Source: a candidate division WWE3 bacterium CG23_combo_of_CG06-09_8_20_14_all_40_14 (GTDB taxonomy: Bacteria > Patescibacteriota > WWE3 > CG2-30-40-12). From it: a stretch of DNA of 46,179 bases. The first letter of the stretch is position 1. Each line of letters begins with the position of its first letter. Location: positions 1 through 46,179 of the forward strand of contig PCQY01000018.1 of assembly GCA_002770755.1 (NCBI GenBank), given 5' to 3'. Made by a program: the position numbers and the translations under genes. The notes under the pieces were generated by a model that worked only from the letters and a program-made list of their open reading frames with translations, was not told where the DNA came from and ran no database searches. Shown one piece after another: positions 1-7,476 of this stretch.

Positions 1-1
1 T

Positions 2-328
2 TTGATTACTTTGGAAAAGTTTCATTTTTATGTAAAGCTTATGATAGACGCTATGACAAGCGCGCCGTTTTCGGGGGCGTCTTTGCCCCCTCCTTCAAAG
101 GAGGAGTATACGAATAACAAAGATAAAGTTATTGACGCAAGCCGAAGAAAATATGGCACGAATTATTTAGAGGTGGAGGCTAAAATAAAGGCTTGGATTG
201 AACGGCCGTTTGATTTGGGGATGGCTATTGCGGAAGAGCACCGTGAAAAAAAAGCAATGGAAACCCAGCAGCCGGCGGAGGAAGGGGAGATAAGGTTAAA
301 TCCTAAACGATTAGATACCAGAGTTTAA
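2..328 (+). CDS. hypothetical protein (possibly truncated at window edge)
   Basis: Frame is open from the window edge to TAA at 326-328. No motif recognised. The next gene follows 10 nt later on the same strand. Confidence 0.35.
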   Translation: MITLEKFHFYVKLMIDAMTSAPFSGASLPPPSKEEYTNNKDKVIDASRRKYGTNYLEVEAKIKAWIERPFDLGMAIAEEHREKKAMETQQPAEEGEIRLNPKRLDTRV

Positions 329-337
329 AAGAAGGGG

Positions 338-1123
338 GTGATATTTTTGTTTAGTAAAAGCATAAAAAATCAGATACAGCTTGTTAATCAAGCTATAAAC
401 GCGTCCATTAACTCTTTGAATTTAACTAAACAGCTTATTAACGAGCTGGAGAGGGTATCGGGTTCTTTTGGTACCTCTATGCCCGGGGTTGGAAGAACAG
501 TTAATATACCGGGAATAATTGGAACCTACGACGGCGAAAATATGGTAACGGAAAAAGGCCAAAAATTTCCTGTACCCCAAAACTATGCTTCCAAATCGGA
601 GTTGGTGTACGGGGATACCTTAAAGAGAATTGAAGAGGGTGGGGGATTGGTATTTAAGCAAGTACAAAGGGTTAAACGATTGAAAGTTCCGGGAGTCTTG
701 GTTAAAAAAGAGGGCCGCTGGGCGGCGGTAACAAGCGAAGGCAGCTATAAGGTTTTGGATAGAACGGTGGAACATTTTGGATTTAAGGAAGGGCAGGAAG
801 TTATGGCAGTTGTTTCGGAGAACAACAAAACTGCGCCTTTCGCCGCTATAGAACAGCTTAAAAAAGAGGAAAGCGGAGCGGTTTTGCCAAAACCGGAGGA
901 AGAAAAGAAAAAAGCGGTTTCGGAGGAAAAAAAGCCTGCGCCTGCGCCTGCGCCTGCGCCTGTGTCTGTGCCTGTGCCTGCGGCAAAGACTAAAGAAGCG
1001 CCAAAAAAGGAAAAGCCTAAAGCAAAAAAAGAAACCAAAAGAGAGGAGTCGGCAATGAGTTTAAGCGAGGAAAAGCCTAAAGGAGGTTCTTCTGTGGCGC
1101 TTAAAGACGATGATTTAAGATAG
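338..1123 (+). CDS. hypothetical protein with Lys/Glu/Pro-rich low-complexity C-terminal tail
   Basis: 261-codon ORF. AAGGGGG Shine-Dalgarno at 332-337; GTG 338 is too close to it and the in-frame TTG at 347 is better spaced. The C-terminal third is KE-rich with a PAPAPAPAPVSVPVPA linker. An intrinsic terminator follows. Confidence 0.55.
   Translation: MIFLFSKSIKNQIQLVNQAINASINSLNLTKQLINELERVSGSFGTSMPGVGRTVNIPGIIGTYDGENMVTEKGQKFPVPQNYASKSELVYGDTLKRIEEGGGLVFKQVQRVKRLKVPGVLVKKEGRWAAVTSEGSYKVLDRTVEHFGFKEGQEVMAVVSENNKTAPFAAIEQLKKEESGAVLPKPEEEKKKAVSEEKKPAPAPAPAPVSVPVPAAKTKEAPKKEKPKAKKETKREESAMSLSEEKPKGGSSVALKDDDLR
935..982. repeat. imperfect hexanucleotide tandem repeat (CCTG[C/T]G) x8 inside a CDS
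   Basis: cctgcg x4, then cctgtg, tctgtg, cctgtg, cctgcg read directly. In frame it encodes PAPAPAPAPVSVPVPA. Confidence 0.9.
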
Positions 1124-1133
1124 CATCGTAAAT

Positions 1134-1163
1134 CTTTAACCCCCGAGGTTAAAGGGTTTTTTT
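1134..1163 (+). terminator. rho-independent terminator
   Basis: Stem ctttaacc / ggttaaag with a 5-nt loop, followed by ggttttttt, 10 nt after the stop at 1123. Confidence 0.7.
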
Positions 1164-1236
1164 GTGTTTGTCGGTTCTCGTTGTGATGAAGGCTTAGAGA
1201 GCAGGGTGCATTTAAGGTTTTACTTGCCACCTCTTT

Positions 1237-1267
1237 AGGGGTCTGACCCCAAAGGGGTTAGACCCCT
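1237..1267. repeat. REP-like 31-nt double palindrome (copy A, one arm mismatch)
   Basis: aggggtctgacccc-aaa-ggggttagacccct, lying between convergent genes. Same family as the copies at 7438, 45400 and 46139. Confidence 0.85.
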
Positions 1268-1315
1268 ATTACAATCGGAAATAGATTTTATTTTGGATGG
1301 GCGAATTTATGGGTT

Positions 1316-1981
1316 TTATTCCTCTTCACTAGGAAGTTCCAGTTCGATTTCTTCCAGCCGTTCGTGTTTGGTGTATGGTCTTATATCCTGCTTTTTGTCT
1401 TTAAAAACTGGTACGGGGCTTTTTAAGAGCACAATGCCATGCTTTCTTTTAGCCATTAAAAGGGTTGCCGTTCCTTTCCATGAATTGTTAAGTTTTTGCT
1501 CCAGTTCCTTGCCGCTTTTTCCTTCGGCTTCCGCTACTTTGTCCTTTTCAATATAAAAGCTTAATTTTCCTTTGCCCATAGTCGCTGTAAATTTTGTGCC
1601 TACTTCAAAAAAGTTTGCGTCATATTTTTGAACGAATTTAATTAGAGCCTTTGTTGTGATGGCTGGTTCTATAACAAAGTCAAGCTTTTTTTCTGAATCG
1701 TTGAGTTTAATGGTTTTTGCCTGCCCGGCATATTTGGAAAGCGCTCTTAAATTCTTTTCCGCCGTTTGGTTTATGGGATCGTGCTTTAAGGTTTCTCTAA
1801 AATATTCTTTAGCCTTTTTAATATCCCCGATTTCGGCATAAGCCCGTCCCATTCTGTTTAGAGCGTACACATCGTCGCCTTTTTCTTTTAAGATTTGGTC
1901 GTTCAGACCTATGGCTTTGTACCACTCTTTATTCAACGCCGCCTTTACCGCTTGCTGTTCAAGAGCGGGAGTATTTTGCAT
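1316..1981 (-). CDS. TPR-repeat-containing protein
   Basis: 221-aa ORF. The N-terminal ~90 aa has a TPR-like pattern (WYKAIGL..., ALNRMGRAYAEIGDIKKAKEYFRETLKHDP). The C-terminal half is unrecognised. Confidence 0.55.
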   Translation of the reverse strand: MQNTPALEQQAVKAALNKEWYKAIGLNDQILKEKGDDVYALNRMGRAYAEIGDIKKAKEYFRETLKHDPINQTAEKNLRALSKYAGQAKTIKLNDSEKKLDFVIEPAITTKALIKFVQKYDANFFEVGTKFTATMGKGKLSFYIEKDKVAEAEGKSGKELEQKLNNSWKGTATLLMAKRKHGIVLLKSPVPVFKDKKQDIRPYTKHERLEEIELELPSEEE

Positions 1982-2028
1982 AAGTAAAATATACTTTAAT
2001 TAACTTGAATGTCAATAGGTGGGGGGTG

Positions 2029-2881
2029 GGGTAATCAATACGAGTTGGTACAAGATTTGGTAAGATGAGGAACATGTATCAACTCAATCAAATACCATCA
2101 GAAACACAGATACAGAAAAATATCCGTCAAGCCGTGTTTGGAACTCATATGTTTTGTCCGGTTTGCCAGTCACGGAATGTGGTTCGGTATGGAGAAAGGT
2201 ATCGCTGTCGGAAGTGTCGGACAAAATTCTCGCTTCTTTCTCATACTTGGCTTTCTAATATGAAGTTGGGGTTGGAAATCTTTTGGTTTGTTCTCTGGTG
2301 TTGGATTTCTCAAGTTCCAGTTAAACAGACAATGGCTTTAACCAAACTTTCCGAAAAAACAGTCCGACTTTGGTTTGATCGATTTCGGAGTCATCTTCCC
2401 GAAGAGGAGAATACTTTGGGAAAGATTATCCAATTAGATGAAGCATACTTCGGAGGCGAAACGGGAGAACACTCTTTATGGGTAAAGAAATCGGAACCAG
2501 AAACTTGGTCTACCGCACTCTACCTCATCCCCATCCGGCGCGAGAAGATGCTTGGGAGTTTCTCCAACGGTATGTTGCTCCCAAGAGTACTATCTGCACC
2601 GATGGGGCAGGAATCTATCGCGGAATTGATAGTTGGTGGCCGGTCAAACACGAAACAGATATCCACAAGAAATTTCAGTTTGAAAAGACAAGCGAGATCG
2701 AAGGAATATTTGGGGTCTTGCGCACCTTTATCCGAAGGATGTATCATCATGTCACGGTGGACAAGTTACCATATCTCGTGGGTGAATTTTGCTTCAGATT
2801 TTGCCACCCAGAAATCTTTGAAGACCCGCGGAGTTACTTGATGTCAGCTCTTAAGCTTGTACCAACTGGGTAAGATAACCC
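2029..2881 (+). mobile_element. IS1595-family insertion sequence (853 bp) with terminal inverted repeats and a near-perfect target duplication
   Basis: Left end gggtaatcaatacgagttggtacaag versus the reverse complement of the right end gggttatcttacccagttggtacaag: 20/26 identical, with the inner 12 bp perfect (2043-2054 / 2856-2867). Flanking direct repeat ggggggtg (2021-2028) versus tgggggtg (2882-2889). Encloses the transposase frames. Confidence 0.75.
2065..2873 (+). pseudogene. IS1595/ISXO2-like transposase, frameshifted
   Basis: The N-terminal frame has a zinc ribbon (CPVCQS...YRCRKCRTKF), a helix-turn-helix region and the DEAYFGG motif. The DDE-domain remainder (STICTDGAGIY...H..D.H...FEKTSEIEGIFG...YL.EF.FRF) continues in the ORF at 2478-2873, in a different frame. 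The frames can only be joined by a 1-nt shift around 2455-2480, and no slippery motif is present. Confidence 0.75.
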
Positions 2882-2949
2882 TGGGGGTGTACAATTGAAT
2901 GGTCGGAGAAAGTGTAGATTGCGATTTTAAGTTAAAAATTATTGAAAGC

Positions 2950-3483
2950 ATGTCCGGACATTCTAAATGGGCAAACATTAAAAGACAAAAGGGAGCAAAC
3001 GATTCAAAACGGGCGCAGATTTTTACAAAATTAGCTCGCGCTATTACCGTTGCTGCTCAAAAGGGCAGAGACCCCGATTCTAACCCAGCCCTTCGCTTGG
3101 CAATTGAAAAAGCCCGAAGCGCCAATATGCCCAAGGAAAATATTCAGCGCGCAATAGCTAAAGGCGCAGGAGCGGGTTCTAACGGCCAAGAGCTTGAAGA
3201 GATTAGGTATGAAGGTTACGGCCCGGGCGGAGTGGCGGTTTTAGTTGATGTTTTAACAGATAACCGAAACAGAACCACTGCCGAGATTAGAAACATATTT
3301 AGCAGGTATGAAGGGTCTTTGGGAGAAGTAGGCAGCGCTTCGTATGTGTTTGGCAAGGGCCCCGAAAATCCCTCTTTTACAATTCCGCTTAATGAGAAAT
3401 TAAAAAATAAAGTTTTGGAGCTTTTAGAAACCCTCTATGACCACGATGATGTACAGGAGGTTTATTCCAACGCAAGTTTTTAA
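2950..3483 (+). CDS. yebC: YebC/PmpR-family transcriptional regulator (short form, 177 aa)
   Basis: [15 protein letters not shown]..., [11 protein letters not shown] and DNRNRT motifs. The ATG at 2950 is preferred over the upstream ORF start at 2899. Conserved yebC-ruvC adjacency. Confidence 0.85.
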   Translation: MSGHSKWANIKRQKGANDSKRAQIFTKLARAITVAAQKGRDPDSNPALRLAIEKARSANMPKENIQRAIAKGAGAGSNGQELEEIRYEGYGPGGVAVLVDVLTDNRNRTTAEIRNIFSRYEGSLGEVGSASYVFGKGPENPSFTIPLNEKLKNKVLELLETLYDHDDVQEVYSNASF

Positions 3484-3524
3484 CCTCGCAAGCGAGTACA
3501 GGCCTTTTTGTGTATAATACTTCT

Positions 3525-4022
3525 ATGATTATTTTGGGGATAGACCCCGGAACCGCTTCAACAGGATGGGGACTAGTTAGAAAACTGCAAAATCCCCCTA
3601 AAAATGGCAACGGCATTGAACTTTTGGATTATGGGTGTATTAGAACTCCCCCCGATTTAGCAATGCCGAAAAGGCTTCTTTTATTAAAAAATGAATTATC
3701 CAGTATAATTACTGCCCATAAGCCAATGGCGCTAGTGGTAGAGAGGATTTTTTTTAACACCAATGTCAAAACGGCTATTAGCGTTGGGCAGGCTAGGGGA
3801 GTGGTTATGCTTTTATCGGCACAGTTTGAGGCGGAATTTTTTGAATATACAGCTTTGCAGGCAAAAAAAGAACTTACCGGTTATGGTAGGGCAGGCAAGC
3901 AGGAGATGCAAAAGGCGGCGGCTGATTATTTGGGCATTGTAGAGAAAATAAAACCCGATGATGCGGCAGACGCTTTAGCGCTAGCGATATTTCACTGCCT
4001 AAGAATCGGAAAGAAGGTATAA
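3525..4022 (+). CDS. ruvC: crossover junction endodeoxyribonuclease RuvC
   Basis: MIILGIDPGTASTGWG N-terminus and C-terminal DDAADALALAI motif. The ATG at 3525 is in frame with the ORF-track start at 3510. Confidence 0.85.
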   Translation: MIILGIDPGTASTGWGLVRKLQNPPKNGNGIELLDYGCIRTPPDLAMPKRLLLLKNELSSIITAHKPMALVVERIFFNTNVKTAISVGQARGVVMLLSAQFEAEFFEYTALQAKKELTGYGRAGKQEMQKAAADYLGIVEKIKPDDAADALALAIFHCLRIGKKV

Positions 4023-4024
4023 AT

Positions 4025-4795
4025 ATGATATTAAGTAGAAGAATAAGTTTAATAACGGCAACGGCATTATTTTTGGTATCGTTAATCTTTGTGGCATTTT
4101 TTCCCAGCGCAACGCAGGTTTTCTTGTTGCTTTCTTTATCTGCTCTAACTTTGGTTTTGGCTTTTAGGGTTTTTGGCGCAAAGCTTTTATGGATTGGAAT
4201 TTTGGCGCCTTTAGTTTATCTTGCAAGCACTTATTTTGTATTTATAAAATTCCCGCTTATAAATCTGCCTTTTAAGTTGGCTCTATGCGCTGTTTTCTCG
4301 GTTTTTTATTATTATCTTCTCCTTTCGGTTAATACAGTGTTGATATGTTCTTTGGAGAATAAATCCTTTCCTCTATTGAGGGCGGGTAAGACGGTTATTT
4401 ATATAACTACACTGTTTGCCGCTTTCTTGTCTTATACAGTAATATATAAATTTGAATATATTTTTATTTTTTACTTTTCGTCGGTTTTTGCGGTAACCTT
4501 TTTATTGAGTGTAGAATATTTTTGGTCGCAAAAAGTTGGGGTGGGGGAGGATGCTGGAAAAAAGAATTTGGATCTCTTTGAACCTTTAATAATATCTATA
4601 TTTGTTTCTGAAATGGCGGCTTTACTGAGCTTTTTTCCAACAGAGGCGTTTTTTAGGGCGCTTGCCGCCAGCTCCACTTTTTATGTTCTGCTTGGGCTTA
4701 GCGAGAATATTGCCTCGCACAAAATAACTAAAAAAATGTATTTGGAATACATTTTAATTTTAATTATTATCTTTGTTATTTTAGTAGTGGCGTAG
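4025..4795 (+). CDS. polytopic membrane protein, unknown function
   Basis: 256-aa ORF with about 7 hydrophobic segments. It starts 2 nt after the ruvC stop. Confidence 0.6.
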   Translation: MILSRRISLITATALFLVSLIFVAFFPSATQVFLLLSLSALTLVLAFRVFGAKLLWIGILAPLVYLASTYFVFIKFPLINLPFKLALCAVFSVFYYYLLLSVNTVLICSLENKSFPLLRAGKTVIYITTLFAAFLSYTVIYKFEYIFIFYFSSVFAVTFLLSVEYFWSQKVGVGEDAGKKNLDLFEPLIISIFVSEMAALLSFFPTEAFFRALAASSTFYVLLGLSENIASHKITKKMYLEYILILIIIFVILVVA

Positions 4796-5341
4796 AAATT
4801 GTGGGATAGCAGGCACGGGTGGGCAGGGGATATTATGGGGGCGTTAGCGGTATTGACTATAGGGTGCTAGACATGAAAGCGGTAACACCATAGGAAATTT
4901 GTCATAGTTTAAGATGTCGTTATTGTCATAGTGTTGTAGACAGGTGGCTTTGGCGGGTGGGGTTGTGGATAACTGTGGGAAGTGTTTTAATTTTGGGGCG
5001 GACAATAATAAGAAGAACTCTTTAATAAGCGCTTTTCATTTAATTTAAATAAATTATCAGATTTTAAGTAAAATTAATTTCTAGGAAACTATTATTCTCT
5101 TTTACGATTATTTGTTCATTTTTTTATTTTCGCCTTGCTCGCCCTATGTAATGTCGTTAAATATACATAATACGACAACACAGGTTTCTGTATTTCTGTT
5201 CCCCGCTCCACAATTTTGTGTCTCGGAAAATTTTATTTTAGTAAATTTAAACATTTCTAAATAATTAAAATTTGTATCTCTCTACTGTCTTTCGCCTGTT
5301 TCTCCTTTTAGCCTTTATTACAATGTTAATGTCGTTTATTG

Positions 5342-5370
5342 TTGACAAGTCTTTCTTTTGTTATTATACT
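5342..5370 (+). promoter_or_regulatory. sigma-70-type promoter for the recombinase gene
   Basis: TTGACA (5342-5347), 17-nt spacer, TATACT (5365-5370), 28 nt upstream of the ATG at 5398. Confidence 0.5.
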
Positions 5371-5397
5371 TAAGATTGGAATTTTTGGGCTTCCAAA

Positions 5398-6375
5398 ATG
5401 CCCCAGAATCAATTTTTGCTGCTTAAAATGACTAATATATCATCCTTAAAAACTGAATTTTTGGAGCATAGCGAGATAGAAAGAAATTTGAGCCAGTACA
5501 CAATTAAGATGTACGATTACTGTTTAAGAGATTTTGTGGAGTTTGCGAAAAAGCATTTAGGAAAGGATATAGTTGATTTAAGTGAAATAAATTTAGACTT
5601 AGTAAAAGATTACCGCATAAATTTAAACCGCAGAATAAGTTCAAAATCCCGCGAAAGTTTTAAAGTTTCTACTCAAAACGAATTTTTGGTGGCGTTAAGG
5701 TCATTTTTAAAATTTTTAGCGGTGGAAAAAAATTTGCAGGTTTTAGAAATTGCTAAACTTCGGCTTGCCAAGCCGGAAGCTCGTGTTCCAAAATTCTTAA
5801 ATGACGAGCAGTTGGATAGGTTTTTAAGTGTGCAAAATATTGAGAGGAAGAGCGGAGTTAGAGATAGGGCTATTTTGGAGGTTTTGTTTAGTACAGGCTT
5901 AAGGGTTGGCGAGCTGGTAAAGCTAAATGTTGACGATGTAAAAAATGCGTTTGAAAGCAAAGAATTTAATGTTATAGGAAAAGGCAGAAAAGTGCGGGTT
6001 GTGTATTTGTCTGAATCGGCGGTGATATGGTTAAAGAAATATCTTTCTTTAAGGAAAGATTCCTATAAACCCTTGTTTTTGAGGTATAGCGGGAAGTTAC
6101 CCGAGGTAAATGACCCGGACGGCGAAAGTTTTAGATTAACGGCGAGAAGCATTCAAAGGCTTGTTAAAAAGTATATCCTAAAAGCGGGTATTTCCGTTGA
6201 CGCTACTCCTCATACTTTAAGGCATACTTTTGCCACAGATTTGTTAACTAAAGGCGCGGATTTGCGAAGCGTTCAAGAACTTTTGGGCCATTCCAATATC
6301 CAAACTACGCAAATATATACGCACTTAACCAACCCACAACTAAAAGAGGTCTTTGAAAAATTTCACAAGAAATGA
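5398..6375 (+). CDS. tyrosine site-specific recombinase, XerC/XerD-like
   Basis: SAM-like N-terminal domain. Catalytic signature RDRAILEVLFSTGLRVGEL ... HTLRHTFAT ... LLGHSNIQTTQIYTH (R..HxxR..H..Y). A second ATG at 5428 is an alternative start. Confidence 0.85.
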   Translation: MPQNQFLLLKMTNISSLKTEFLEHSEIERNLSQYTIKMYDYCLRDFVEFAKKHLGKDIVDLSEINLDLVKDYRINLNRRISSKSRESFKVSTQNEFLVALRSFLKFLAVEKNLQVLEIAKLRLAKPEARVPKFLNDEQLDRFLSVQNIERKSGVRDRAILEVLFSTGLRVGELVKLNVDDVKNAFESKEFNVIGKGRKVRVVYLSESAVIWLKKYLSLRKDSYKPLFLRYSGKLPEVNDPDGESFRLTARSIQRLVKKYILKAGISVDATPHTLRHTFATDLLTKGADLRSVQELLGHSNIQTTQIYTHLTNPQLKEVFEKFHKK

Positions 6376-6434
6376 TACTCTATAGTGTATAGTATGTCTT
6401 GGACAATGGGCATTTTTAGAAAGGAGAAAATAAA

Positions 6435-6656
6435 ATGAGCGGATTGATAGGAGGAAGTGGCTACTATTGTGATATTGAAGGAAATCCTGTTCCAGCTCAG
6501 TTTGTTTCAATTGAGCTCGTTCAGGTGACATGCTGGGGTTGTGGAATGGTGTGGGTGCCCAAGAGCCCCTGTCAGCCCGGGAAATCCCACACAGTTAAAT
6601 GTCCGAACTGTGGTTTGCGGCGGACAATCGCTTTCGTAGCAAAATCCTACTACTAA
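6435..6656 (+). CDS. small zinc-ribbon protein (73 aa), unknown function
   Basis: Strong RBS (aaaggagaaaataaaATG). CWGC...C...CPNC cysteine pairs. Visibly more GC-rich than its neighbours. A hairpin terminator follows. Confidence 0.55.
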   Translation: MSGLIGGSGYYCDIEGNPVPAQFVSIELVQVTCWGCGMVWVPKSPCQPGKSHTVKCPNCGLRRTIAFVAKSYY

Positions 6657-6676
6657 AGGTTGTGTTTGCAAAAACT

Positions 6677-6722
6677 GACCCAGACCTTTTTTTCTAATTC
6701 TATTAGAGAATAGGTTTGGGTC
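6677..6722. terminator. hairpin between convergent genes (bidirectional terminator candidate)
   Basis: gacccagacc ... ggtttgggtc 10-bp stem with an inner tctaat/attaga stem. There is a T-run after it on the minus strand (agtttttgc). Confidence 0.5.
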
Positions 6723-6723
6723 T

Positions 6724-7413
6724 CTACTTTGATTGCCTTATCGGGGAGAAACTTTTGCGATGGATTGCGCAGGGTCCATAAATTTTAAGAGCTTCTAAAT
6801 GCTCCCTAGTCCCATACCCCTTGTGTCTGTTGAAGCCGTACTCGGGATATTTAGTATGCAAATCACCCATCATTTTGTCCCTATGTACTTTGGCAATTAT
6901 GGAAGCCGCCGCAATTGATATTGAAACAGCATCTCCGAATTTTATGTTCATTTGATTTTTAAGGAGGGGGGTTATGTTAGGTGTTCTAGGCAGCTTAAGT
7001 AATCTAAATAAACAGATATCCGACGAAGTGAGTTTTAGATAATCGGTAATAATAAAGGTAGGCGCTACCTTTAAGTTTGCGAGCGCCAAAAGGAAAGCGA
7101 GCTTGTTTGCTTTTCCTATTCCTATTCGGTCTATAACATCCGTTTCCACTACGCCAACTCCAATGGAGAGGGCGGTTTCTCTAATTTTAACATCCAGCTC
7201 GGTTCTTATTTTTGGGGATAGTTTCTTGGAATCCCTAATGAGAGACAAATAGGGCGCTGACCCTAAAGGGTCGGACCCTTTAAGATTAAGAATGACTGCA
7301 GAAGCAACGATAGGTCCCGCCAGTGGCCCTCTTCCCACCTCGTCCACCCCGGCTATCATCTTATACCCTTGCTTTATTAGATTGTTCTCAAGCTCTAAAT
7401 TTGGTGCATTCAT
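6724..7413 (-). CDS. rnhB: ribonuclease HII
   Basis: GVDEVGRGPLAGPIVASAVIL and DSKKLS motifs; 229 aa. Confidence 0.9.
   Translation of the reverse strand: MNAPNLELENNLIKQGYKMIAGVDEVGRGPLAGPIVASAVILNLKGSDPLGSAPYLSLIRDSKKLSPKIRTELDVKIRETALSIGVGVVETDVIDRIGIGKANKLAFLLALANLKVAPTFIITDYLKLTSSDICLFRLLKLPRTPNITPLLKNQMNIKFGDAVSISIAAASIIAKVHRDKMMGDLHTKYPEYGFNRHKGYGTREHLEALKIYGPCAIHRKSFSPIRQSK
7251..7280. repeat. degenerate REP-like sequence embedded in frame in rnhB
   Basis: agggcgctgaccctaaagggtcggaccctt versus REP aggggtctgaccccaaaggggtcagacccct, about 25/31 identical with one 1-nt gap. On the minus strand it encodes KGSDPLGSAPY. Confidence 0.6.
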
Positions 7414-7437
7414 ATCCGCTGTTACTGTAAGGTATTT

Positions 7438-7468
7438 AGGGGTCTGACCCCTTTGGGGTCAGACCCCT
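7438..7468. repeat. REP-like 31-nt double palindrome (copy B)
   Basis: aggggtctgacccc-ttt-ggggtcagacccct, perfect, between the rnhB start and the gyrA stop. Confidence 0.9.
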
Positions 7469-7476
7469 ATTGAGCT

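Noticed and set aside
935-982. Short regular repeats that could be mistaken for a mini CRISPR or satellite.
   Set aside because: The units are 6 nt long, contiguous and without spacers, and they lie in frame within a CDS. This is a coding microsatellite.
745-1230. 161-aa minus-strand ORF antisense to the hypothetical gene 338-1123.
   Set aside because: It is a shadow ORF that mirrors the low-complexity KE/PA region. It has no RBS and runs through the plus-strand terminator.
1293-1841. Plus-strand ORFs 1293-1556 and 1656-1841.
   Set aside because: Both lie fully inside and antisense to the TPR gene 1316-1981, and their composition is that of shadow frames.
2478-2873. 131-aa ORF considered as an independent gene.
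   Set aside because: It is the C-terminal DDE part of the frameshifted IS1595 transposase. It overlaps the other frame and lies within the IS inverted repeats.
4964-4972. The perfect DnaA box TGTGGATAA considered as evidence for oriC.
   Set aside because: Only one consensus box is present and the others match at most 6/9, so a single 9-mer is weak evidence. No dnaA or dnaN is nearby. The local G-to-C strand switch and converging gene orientation are the opposite of an origin. It is kept only as a note within the non-coding-tract finding.
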